From Octopus bimaculoides (Eukaryota), in contig NC_068981.1 in NCBI RefSeq assembly GCF_001194135.2, forward strand, positions 101,687,671 to 101,751,670: 64,000 nucleotides of DNA, in the 5' to 3' direction. Shown piece after piece: positions 39,660 through 50,490 of this stretch (position 1 is the first letter of the stretch; each line of letters begins with the position of its first letter). The notes under the pieces were generated by a model that saw only the letters and a program-made list of their open reading frames with translations, was not told the origin of the DNA and searched no databases. Made by a program: the position numbers and the translations under genes.

Positions 39660-39857
39660 AACCAAACTCATCGGACCCATCATAGCAGTCTTCTTCGCCA
39701 TTGCAGCGTTCATATATGCTGTGATAACAGCGCCTGCTATCTGCACAGGGAACTTCTGGATAGATGCATTTTATCTGTCTGTGAGGAGGTTGAGCGATTC
39801 TTAGAATCACTTGGTTATTGTCTGTGGTATTCCTCTTCAAACGATGCTGGATGGTAC
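39660..39857 (-). CDS. Internal coding exon of an LDL-receptor class A (LDLa) domain single-pass membrane protein (LDLRAD-like): furin-type site plus LDLa module
   Basis: Acceptor ttcttttattgcag before 39857 and donor gtaagt after 39660; 198 nt, phase 1-1. Translation (x)TIQHRLKRNTTDNNQVILRIAQPPHRQIKCIYPEVPCADSRRCYHSIYERCNGEEDCYDGSDEFG. The sixth Cys codon (T|GT) is completed by the next exon. The DCxDGSDE calcium-binding motif is present. Confidence 0.93.
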
Positions 39858-41962
39858 CTGCAATAAAAGAACGGTACAAAAATAATAAAACTTTGAAATG
39901 AATAGAATAAAGGAGAGACATAGAAGAGGCGATAGAGTAAATGAAAAGGAAAATGCAGAGAGAAAAAGAGAGACAAGAGACTGATAGAGTTTATCATTTC
40001 AAAGCTTATTTCATATTCTCATATACCCAAAGCAATTTGTATCGAAACCTTTTGTGTTTTTATTATAAAAATATATTACCTCTGCACAAACACAGATACT
40101 TTAAGAGTCCTTGTAAGCTATTTGTACAATTTGTAAGCAACATGTTAAATTTGGCTCCTTGTTGACTTCATTTCCTTTTCAAGTATCCCATATATTTGTA
40201 ATACCACTTACTTGACCATGGCAACCTTCTATCAAAATGAAACTTTCTACATATGAACCCAATTATCTCTTAAGGGTTAATAGGACAAGTATTTCCCTAC
40301 CTTCACAGAAATGTGTGATTTGAGGAAGATTTGACTGCTTTTTCCGGCAGGTTGAGAAACATATAATTCATCAGCATTTTCTTATTTTGCAGTTTTGGGT
40401 TCAATTCCTTCCACAAGCTTCAAGCAATTAATAGGATATCTTGGCAGAGTCCATTTCTTATATTATCACATGCAAAAAGTGGGTCTTTCATAGATACCCA
40501 ACAATCTAATAGGGTCTAAAACTAACCATCATCATTGCAACAATACATGGGTATTGTCACTGACAGTTTATAGACCTGTTTCTTCTTATAACTGTATACT
40601 CTACAAGTACTTCTGTAGTCCATTGGGCTGGTGCTTATCTCTTGGTTATCTTTCTACATAGTTGTGACTGGTATGGTAAGAAAGCATGTGCTCATGGTTA
40701 GAGTTAGGTTTGGAACATGTCTAACTAAAATGAATGTGATCAGCCATTCCAAGGCCAATGGACAGTGCTGAAATATAGACAACTGTGTATGATAGATGAT
40801 TATCAATCCATTCTGGCAATTCCTTGCTCAATTACTAGGAAACTGGCAGGAAAGCTAGCAACTACATGTTCTACAAGCAATCTTAGAAACTAGCAAAGTT
40901 GGGCGATGTGCTTGTAATAGCAATGGCTTAACTTTGAACCATGAGGTCAGTTAAATCTAGGGATGATGTTTCCATGCATTGAGATAACATAAAATGAATC
41001 TGCCAACTGGGTTTATATTCAACCAGCATCCTTCAATTTCAATAAGTCTATTGGAATTAATTAGGTGTTGTTTATCCTTCAGGATGGTTTGAGTTTTGGT
41101 AGCATCTCTGGGGTTAGGTAGGAGACCTGTATAGGCTAGGATTGAACTGCCATGTGACACTTGGCAGTGGCATGAATATGAATAACAAAGGAAAAAAAAA
41201 CAAAAAAACAAGCAAAACTCTAAGGTAGCCTCTTACCATTTTGCTAAGAGCAGATGAGAAACAGATTTCTTTCTAATTAGAATACCAATTTATTGCTGAT
41301 AACTTCCCCAGGAGGAATTACATTGAAAGCTAATGTGTCACACATAAATTTTGTAGTGTAACCTACTGAATTACTATTCTATAGTGTCAATCTATAATTA
41401 CATCAACTCAGCTGCTCAGTTGGTCCATGTCACTATTCAGGATTGATTAGTTGATCAAATGTAGCAGCCAGTTTGCTCTTGGTGCCCAACTGTTCTGTTT
41501 CATCTGATGTTGACAAGCTTCCTCTGCTGAAACATGCAACCTAACTTCAACTCTTGTGTTTGAATAGTAGTTGAGTTGAGTTCCTCGCTGAAATGAAGTG
41601 TGGGCATGTTGAGGTGAAGTAAGAATTAAGTGGAGCTCAGTCCTATGATGACTGAAACAAGTTGCAATACCTACTAGTCTATGCTCCAGAACTCCAAATT
41701 TTTATGGTACAAACTTGCAACTCGTTGGCAAAAATGTGTTGATTGTAATGACACTTACTTTGATGAATAAAATTCCTGTATTATTAAAATATATTGTGAT
41801 GAATGTCATGTTTCAAAACATTGCTTACTTTGTACTCAGCCTGACACATCCTTTTATGCACTTCAGTACAAAGGTCTTGGCCATGCAGGGGCATCATATA
41901 CATACACATTATTTTATGTACTTCAGCCCCAAAACTGTGGCCATGCTGGAGTACCATATACA

Positions 41963-41975
41963 TCTCTCTCACTCA

Positions 41976-42057
<82 letters not shown>
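41963..42057. repeat. Compound microsatellite (CT)(CA)n(CT)n(TA)n, representative of many in the window
   Basis: Direct reading. Other long runs at ~22155-22278, 27334-27381, 56857-56906 and 61995-62063. Confidence 0.95.
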
Positions 42058-42454
42058 CTAGTAGTAACAGAGAAAGAGGAATTTCGATTATCCCCACGTG
42101 GTAAGTTGTAATATATATAAGAAATTTAAAAAAAGGAAAATACACACACTTTACATAGTTTTAATATAATTTTGAATAAATTGACCGGTTTCACTTTCGC
42201 TATTCATGATATTATGGTTTACTTATATGAATATGTATTTTCTTGAGAAGAAATTTTGTCCGTGTTGTGTGATGATATTTATGAGTGAATGGCTTCACAA
42301 GTAGAAGAATAAGGGGAGGTAATTGGTTATCGTTATTATTGTTGTTGTTGTTGTGGGCAAGGGAGATAACTGTTCAGCTTTCGGTAAGGGGAGGGGAATA
42401 TATATGTGTACACACTCACACACACACACAAAAAAAAGGTGATGTAATCGTTAA

Positions 42455-43853
42455 TTGTTGTGTTTGGGGAGAGTTATTCTCTTTTAGTGCCTTATTATTT
42501 AACACACTCACCAGTAAAGTTTCCACTCATTTATTTATTTTTCCTAAACTTTTCATTGCATCTTGCAACCTTTTCAATGGTCGTTGACTGTCCGTTATCC
42601 GAGCTGCGTTCTTTTTGTTTGTTTGTGTGCATGTGTGTGCACATACACATGTATGTATGTATGCATGTAAGTGTGTGTACATTTGTATGTATGTATTCTG
42701 CATATTCATATGCTTGTGTTTGTGTGTGTTTACGCGTGCGTGTGTGTATGTGTGTGTGTTTTTGTGACTATATACTGTGTTTTTGTATGTATGGATGTAT
42801 ATATCCATTTGTGTGGATGTGTGTCTCCATATGTGTCCTTGCGTGAAGTGAAGTATGTGTATATGGTCATGTGTTTCAGCCTTCATTTGCATATGTGTGT
42901 ATGTATGTGTGCTTGTCAATTCTTATTACCTATGTACCTGTCTGTCTGTATGTCTATCTGTTTACATTCATATCCATTTGCCTACATACATGTGCATATA
43001 CATTTATGTATACATATATATATATACAGACACAATAAATTTTATCCAAGCACCCAAAGGACCCAACCCTCAGACAAATACAGGAATATGTCCTCATAAA
43101 TGAAACAGTACTAAATAGGAAATATACATAGTAGGTAATCATACTCTCATACTAAGAGTTTATATTTATATACATGTAAAATAGTTAGTGGTCTGTTATG
43201 TAGATGTATGTGTGTGTATATATATATATGTATATGTACATGTATGTAGGCAAATGGATATGAATGCAAACAGATAGACATACAGACAGACAGGTACATA
43301 GGTAATATGAATAGACAAGCACACATACACATATGCAAATGAAGACTGAAACACATGACCATATACACACACTTGACTTCACACAAGGACACATATGGAG
43401 ACACATATCCACACAACTAGAGACACACATCCATACATACAGACACAGTACATGGTCATAAAAGCCTATACACACACTCAGACATGCACACACAAAGAGA
43501 CAGAAGTACACACACACACAGACATAAAAACAGACAAACATGCAGAATACATACATACATACAAACGTACATGCATACATAAATACATATGCACACACAC
43601 TTACATGTATACATACATACATACATACATACATACATGTGTATGCGCACACACACACTGACCCACTCACATGCGCACAAACAAACAAAAAGAACGCAGC
43701 TCAGATAATGGACAGAGTCAACGACTATTGAAAAGGTTGCAAGATGCAACAAAAATTTTAGAAAAATAAATAAGCAAATGAGTGGAAACTGAACTGGTGA
43801 GTGTGTTAAATAATAAGGCACTAAAAGAGAATGACTTTCCCCAGACACAACAA
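42455..43853. repeat. Large inverted repeat: two tail-to-tail copies of a dispersed repeat (third copy at 34987-35365)
   Basis: Arm 42455-~43027 is the reverse complement of ~43205-43853, including the unique segments (e.g. ttttcattgcatcttgcaaccttttcaat; ttacctatgtacctgtctgtctgtatgtctatctg). Confidence 0.9.
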
Positions 43854-43911
43854 AATATGCTTCAACACACAAACTCACATAAAGAATCTTGCAAACCAAA
43901 TCCCAAAACGA

Positions 43912-43943
<32 letters not shown>

Positions 43944-44716
43944 CACAATGGGCTTCCACAGTTTCTGTCTACTAAATCCAGTTGCAAGATATTGGGTAAC
44001 CTGGGGCTACAGTAGAAGACACTTGCCCAAGGTCCCATGTGGTGGGACTGAACCTGAAACCATGGTTTGCAAAATATGAACTTAACCACTCAGACACATG
44101 TATTTTAACTTTTTCTTTTGCAGTATTACAATATTATGATTCTTAAATCAATAGCATTAACATGCTCCAGTCACGCACATGCACACACACACACATTTCT
44201 TACTGTTTTTGGTGGTGATGATAGCAATGGGTTTGGGTGATTTGGTTAAAAGCAGAATTTCTTTTTTAACCCATTAACTTGGGTTGCAGCAGGAGTGAAA
44301 TGCTATCAAACAGCAGAAAGTGGCACTTGGTACAATACACCAGCATCAGCACCAGCATCACAACCACCATTAACATCATCATAATTGCCTCGATGATTCT
44401 CTGAGTCCCAGTCAACTCCATTATAATGAAAGCGATTATGTTTAATGAAGCTGTTGGTGTGCCGATCATCAGTTCACTACTATTGCTGCCACTATTGCTT
44501 GCCAACACCATTCCACCCCCACCATGACTGTCATCACCATTATTATCATCAGTACTATTGCTTCCAGTATCACTATCACTACTTAACCATACTCATCATG
44601 AGCATATGTGAGTCAATGCGGGAGACTCTAGGTGAACCTGCTAGAAATAACAATCATATCTTCCTCAAATCACAGTTCTCCATCTTAAAAAAGTAGAGAA
44701 ACACACTGGATAGAAT

Positions 44717-45282
44717 TGTTGTTGTTGGCACTCCGTCGCTTACGACATCGAGGATTCCAGTTGATCCGATCAACGGAACAGCCTGCTCGTGAAATTAACG
44801 TGCAAGTGGCTGAGCACTCCACAGACACGTGTACCCTTAACGTAGTTCTCGGGGATATTCAGCGTGACACAGTGTGACAAGGCTGACCCTTTGAAATACA
44901 GGCACAACAGAAACAAGAAGTAAGAGTTAGAGAAAGTTGTGGTGGAAGAGTACAGCAGGGTTCGCCACCATCCCCTGCCAGAGCCTTGTGGAACTTTAGG
45001 TGTTTTCACTCAATAAACACTCACAACACCCAGACTAGGAATTGAAACTGCGATCCTATGACCGCGAGTCTGCTGCCCTAACCACTGGGCCATNNNNNNN
45101 NNNAGTTAGAGAAAGTTGTGGTGGAAGAGTACAGCAGGGTTCGCCACCATCCCCTGCCAGAGCCTTGTGGAACTTTAGGTGTTTTCACTCAATAAACACT
45201 CACAACACCCAGACTAGGAATTGAAACTGCGATCCTATGACCGCGAGTCTGCTGCCCTAACCACTGGGCCATTGCGCCTCCA
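44717..45282 (-). mobile_element. SINE group C with TSD; head artefactually duplicated across a 10-N gap
   Basis: Direct repeat cacactggatagaat at 44702-44716 and 45281-45295. 44925-45093 is repeated at 45104-45272 on either side of the gap. Confidence 0.9.
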
Positions 45283-45549
45283 CACTGGATAGAATAGCCC
45301 TACTAAAAAAAAAAAAAAGGAGAGGATTGTTTTCACAGTTGGAACACCTTCAATGATAGATCTGCTGGATCAGGGCTAACTGATGGGAGCTAAACAAGAA
45401 CTTAGTTGTCTCTGCTTTCAAAATCAAACAAATATAGTTTCCTGCTTTCTTATTTCACTCCTACCAAACCAAAGATCAAAATTATAAAAACCGAACCCAT
45501 AAAAAATATATCTTATCTCCTTCACAATTTAGCTTCAGCTTATGCCACA

Positions 45550-45695
45550 TAAAAAGCACTCATGTACACTTTATAAAGTGGTTGGCATTAGGAAGGGCAT
45601 CAGGCTGAAGAAATCGAGCCAAAGCAAACTATGGAACCTGGTGCAGCCCCTGTCAAGCTGTCTAACCCATGTAAACATGGTGAATGGATGTTAAA
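45550..45695 (+). mobile_element. RTE 3'-tail fragment, diverged
   Basis: gtggttggcattaggaagggcatc...ctaacccatgtaaacatgg...gttaaac. Confidence 0.7.
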
Positions 45696-46250
45696 CACTT
45701 CTGCTACTGATTTATATAAAATATAATCTATGTTCTCACTCAGTCTGTGAGTAATAGCAGCCAAATCTCCCTCAAATCAAAGTCAACTGTCTCAACACTT
45801 TTATGATTACATTTTTAACAAGTATATGTTGCCTTTGTGTTTTAATTTTCAAAATAATCAAGGATAATGAGAGGCTTCGTGAAACAATTAACTTTTAACT
45901 TAATAATAAAAGACAAATGTTTTATTGATTGAAATCTAATACTATCTGTTGTATAATAGCTTCTTGCCTTGCCTCTTCAACTCCTGATAGTCACAGAGGT
46001 ATTGTCGTAACATACAGTGTGTTTTAAGTATTTAAACTTGGCAAAGCACATCTCTCTTCAGACCTGACCACAGCCAATGTCTTTGAGAGAGAGGGGGGAG
46101 AAAAAAGAGAGTGGGTGAGGAGAAAAAAGGAAAGAAAAGACTAGAAGACTTCAGTACTGAATTACTACTTTACTTAATGACCCCAAAAGAATGAAAGGCA
46201 AAGTTGACTTCAGTGGGATTTGAAACCAGGGTGTAGAGAGCCAGAATGAA

Positions 46251-46655
46251 TACTCTTTTACTTGTTTTAGTCATTTGACTGTGGCCATGCTGGAGCACCG
46301 CCTTTAGTCGAGCAAATCGACCCCAGGACTTATTCTTTGGAAGCCTAGTACTTATTCTATCTGTCTCTTTTTGCCGAACCGCTAAGTTACAGGGATGTAA
46401 ACACACCACCATTGGTTGTCAAGCGATGTTGGGGGGACAAACACAGACACACAAACATACACACACACATACATATATATATACATATATACGACAGGCT
46501 TCTTTCAGTTTCCGTCTACCAAATCCACTCACAAGGCTTTAGTCAGCCCGAGGCTATAGTAGAAGATACTTGCCCAAGGTGCCACACAGTGGGAATGAAC
46601 CCGGAACCATGTGGTTGGTAAGCAAGCTACTTACCACACAGCCACTCCTGCACCT
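46251..46655 (-). mobile_element. SINE group B, full length, abutting a partial group A copy (46152-46243)
   Basis: Complete head aggtgcaggagtggctgtgtggtaagtagcttgc and tail. Confidence 0.9.
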
Positions 46656-46699
46656 GTTTAGCATTCTCTCTGATGATCTCGTGATTCTACTCAATTTAC

Positions 46700-46822
46700 T
46701 ATCTTCAATGAACAAATTGGCAAGGTTTGAGATCTTTAATAGAAGCAGTACTGGGAAGGTTGACATTAATTTGGTTAAAAGGAGTAACAACAGAAAAGAA
46801 GATAATGTGGTAATTCCACTGT
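46700..46822 (-). CDS. Candidate upstream exon of the LDLa gene (possible signal-peptide exon), speculative
   Basis: Strong acceptor (ctgac...ttattttgtttttgcttcctcag) before 46822 and a weak donor gtaaat after 46700. It is 123 nt, phase 1-1 and hydrophobic (SGITTLSSFLLLLLLTKLMSTFPVLLLLKISNLANLFIED), with an in-frame ATG at 46766. It would splice in frame to 39857. No independent support. Confidence 0.25.
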
Positions 46823-47299
46823 CTGAGGAAGCAAAAACAAAATAAGTCAGATGGTTACAGCCTGAACATGACTGATCATGTGTGTTCAACCAGGACCTGT
46901 CTTAAGAGGAACAACAACAAGAACGACAAGAATTCAGTAAGATTAACTAAGAGTGGATGTTCTGAGTTGGTAGAAATCAATAAAATGAGTAGGAAAAAAA
47001 TAGAGAGAAGAAAAAGAGATAATTAAAGAATGAGAAGAGAATTTCAAAACCTCAGACACCGGAAGAACTCCAAATATTTTATCTAAATATAGGGCTCTGT
47101 CTTAACTAGAAATATTTAGAGATTTTCACCTCCTTGTGGAAAACTTAACATATATCAACTCTCTCTCTCTCTATATATATATATATTTACATTTTTCCTG
47201 AATGTCCAATACATACAATAAAACCAATACATTTTGTTTGTTGTTCCTTCACCTGCCTGTCTTTTGTTTTTTGTACATCTGAATCATATATTCCATATA

Positions 47300-49633
47300 T
47301 CATCATCATTTAATGTCCGTTCTCCATGCTGGCGTGGGCTAGATGGTTTAAACGGGGCTGGCAAGCTGGAAGGTTGCACCAGACTCCAGTCTGATTTGAC
47401 ATGGTTTCTACAGCTGATGAAAGCCATTCCTAACACGAACCACTCCGAGAGTGTAATGGGTGCTTTTACATGCCACCAGCATAGTTGCCATTTGTGTGAC
47501 ACCAGTATTTGCCATGACTGTGATTTTGATCAGCTTGATGGGTCTTCTCAAGCACGACATAATGCCAAAGGTCTTGGTCATTGCCTCCGTGAGGCCCAAA
47601 ACTTGAAAGGTGCTTTTTACGTGCCAGTTATATGTAACAGCAGCATTGACCACAACTATGATTTCACTTGGCTTGACAGGTCTTCTCAAGCACAGCATAT
47701 TGCCAAAGGTCTTGGTCACTAGTTATTGTCTCTGTGAGGCCCAAAGTTCAAAGATCATTCTTCAGTACATTGTCCCATGTCTTCCTGAGTCTACCTCTAC
47801 CACAGGTTCTCTCCACAGTTAGAGATCGGCACTTCTTTACAAAGCTGTCCTTGTCCATAAACATCAAATGACAATACCAGTGCAGTCGTCTCCCTTGCAC
47901 ACCGCATCTAATGCCTCTTATGTCTAACTTTTCTCTCAAGATGCTTACACTCAGTCAAACATGCTTACCGACATTGCAAATCCAGCGAAGCATACTGGCT
48001 TCATTTCTTTCAAGTCTACACATGTCTTCAGCTGTCATAGCCCATGTTTCACTGCCATGTAACATAGCTGTTTGCACACAGAAATCATACAATCTGCCTT
48101 TCACTCTAAGAGATAGGCCCTTTATTGCCAGAAGAAGCAGGAGCTCTCTGAACTTTGCCCAGCCTATTCTTATTCTCACAGCTACGGTCTTGGAGCATTC
48201 ACGTCCACTACTAACTTGGTCACCTAGATAACAGAAGCTATCTATTACCTCTAGCTTACTTCACTAGCAGTTGGAGTCTATTTTCTATACATTTTCAGTG
48301 TTTATTGTACCCATGTACCTTCTACATACAAAAGCTATTTTCACTGTTAACTTTCCTCTGATATTACTGCACCTTTTGTGTGTCTAAAGCTTACACCGGA
48401 TACATTTTATGGAGTTTATAGCTACACCTTTTCTACAGATTGAGCAGGGCCATCTACTGGAAGGGATTTGTGATTTGTTTGCTTTCCTACTTACTAAGAC
48501 TTTGGTTTTTGGTAGGTTAACTCTAAGGCCCTTCAATTCTAGACCTTGCTTCCATATCTGGAACTTCTTCTCTAGTTCTGGTACTGATTCAGCAATAAGA
48601 ACAAGGTCATCAGCATAGAGGAGTTCCCAGAGGTAGCCTGTCTCAAATTCTACTGTTATTGCCTGGAAGACTATGATGAACAAGAAGGGGGTGGGGGTGG
48701 GGTGGGGGTCTGAGCACTGATCCTTGGTGAACCCCTACTTGTATCCTGAATTCTTTGCTGTACTTGTTGCCAACCTTCACCTTACTGGTAGTGTCCTTGT
48801 ACAAAGGCTTTTTCCAAGTCAACAAAAGCCAAGTACAGAGGTTTATCTCTGGCTAGGTATTTCTCCTGCAGCTGCCTTACCAGAAATATGGCATCTCATC
48901 TAGGCTGACTCTCTCCTTAATCAGTTGGGCTATGACTCTCTTCGTAACTTTCATCACCTGATCCAACAATCTGATACCTCTGTAATTATTTCTATTTAAG
49001 GCATCACCTTTACCTTTGTAGCAGTTGACTAAGGTACTGCTACACCAGTCATTGGGTATGACTCCTTTGTGAACCACCTGATTTACAGTACAGGTGACTA
49101 GACCATATTTTAAGCATCTCAGCAGTGATTCTCGAAGGGTTGGGGGCTTTCCCTCTCTTCATATCCTTAATCACTTTATCTAGCAAGGTACTATAGATTT
49201 GCATAGCTAGTCCCTCATTTGGGTCAACATTTGGTAGATTCTCCTCCTCCCATTCACTCTCCATGTTCAGCAGTCTTTCATAATGACATTTCCAAGCCTC
49301 TTTCTTTGCAGAATCATTAAATGCAAGTGCACCATTATCCATGTAGACACATTTCTCTCCTATGACATCACAATTTTCTCTCAGATACTGTCTTGTAATC
49401 CAAAACACTTCAGTTCTTTAGTCCTCATGTCATTGAACATAGGCAAACTACTTCTTTTCTGCTTCTCCCTTGGGTAGCTATACCTGTCTCTTAGTTTCCC
49501 TTCTGGCTATTTGATACAGTTCCCTGCTACCCCCACTCTTCCAGGCCTGTTTCTTTGCTCTAATGGCCTTGTCTACAGCGTCGTTCCACCACCATGTCAC
49601 CCTAGGTTTGGATGGGACTTTGCACCAGCTGCA
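47300..49633 (-). mobile_element. RTE-clade non-LTR retrotransposon, 5'-truncated, degenerate ORF2 plus 3'UTR
   Basis: Frame-broken ORF2 motifs TWWWND, YKGKGDALNRNNYRGIRLL, VGVHQGSVL, ELLYADDLVLIAES, FCYLGD, MLHGSETW and GRGRLRKTW. The 3' end carries the (GAT)n tail (catcatcat on plus at ~47300). Confidence 0.95.
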
Positions 49634-49647
49634 AATATATGTATATA

Positions 49648-49980
49648 TGGCTCAGTGGTTAGAGTGTTGGGCTCACAATCATGAGGTAGTGGATTTGATT
49701 CCCAGACTGGGCTGTGTGTTGTGTTCTTGAGCAAGACACTTTATTTCATGCTGCTCCACTTTACTCAGTTGTAGAAATGAGTTGTGACATCACTGGTGCC
49801 AAGCTGTATCAGCCTTTGCCTTTCCCTTGGATAACATCACTGGTGTGGAGAGGGGAGGCTGGTATGCATGAACGACTGCTGGTCTTCCATAAAACAACCT
49901 TGCCTGGACTTGTGCCATGGAGGGGAACTTTCTAGGTGCAATCCCACGGTCATTCATGACCAAAGGGGTTCTTTACCCTT
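49648..49980 (+). mobile_element. tRNA-head CORE-like SINE with alternative tail; reverse-oriented relative at 53688-53988
   Basis: tggctcagtggttagagtgttgggctcac...cttgagcaagacactttatttcatgctgctccac, then a tail ending ggtcattcatgaccaaaggggttctttaccctt. Confidence 0.8.
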
Positions 49981-49982
49981 AC

Positions 49983-50019
<37 letters not shown>

Positions 50020-50217
50020 NNNNNNNNNNNNNNNNNNNNNNNNNNNNNNNNNNNNNNNNNNNNNNNNNNNNNNNNNNNNNNNNNNNNNNNNNNNNNNNNN
50101 NNNNNNNNNNNNNNNNNNNNNNNNNNNNNNNNNNNNNNNNNNNNNNNNNNNNNNNNNNNNNNNNNNNNNNNNNNNNNNNNNNNNNNNNNNNNNNNNNNNN
50201 NNNNNNNNNNNNNNNNN

Positions 50218-50490
50218 TGTAAGTTCGATTCCCGGCAACACGTTGTGCCCTTGAGCAAGACACTTTATTTCACATTGCTCCAGTCCACTCAGCTGGCAAA
50301 AATGAGTAGTACCTGTATTTCAAAGGGCCGGCCTTGTCACGCTATGTGTCACGCTGAGTCTCCCTGAGAACTACCTCAGGGGTACACGTGTCTGTGGATT
50401 GCTCAGTCACTTGCACGTTAATTTCACGAGCAGGCTGTTTCGTTTGATCATATCAGCTGGGACCCTCGTCATCATAACCGACAGAGTTCT
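50218..50490 (+). mobile_element. CORE-like SINE carrying the group C tail; relatives at 55890-56120 and 18873-19075
   Basis: cccttgagcaagacactttatttcacattgctccagtccactcagctg core, followed by ccttgtcac...gagaactac...ttgcacgttaatttcacgagcaggctg as in group C. Confidence 0.8.

Noticed and set aside
43720-43765. Stem GTTGC-aagat-GCAAC followed by (G)AAA as a hammerhead core
   Set aside because: The upstream sequence does not place CUGANGA adjacent to the stem in any of the three copies.
42460-43959. Many long overlapping ORFs rich in C/V/Y/M/H/T/I (also at 4251-4719, 35133-35390 and ORFs spanning N-gaps)
   Set aside because: Translations of (TG)n/(TATG)n microsatellite-like DNA or of N-runs.
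44266-44511. Hydrophobic minus-strand ORF (MMMLMVVVMLVLMLV) as first exon or membrane peptide
   Set aside because: It is the translation of a degenerate (CAT/CAC) trinucleotide tract, and I found no suitable phase-1 donor.
44925-45272. Apparent tandem duplication of a SINE head
   Set aside because: The two identical copies sit either side of a 10-N gap and one TSD pair encloses both, which is typical of an unmerged contig overlap.
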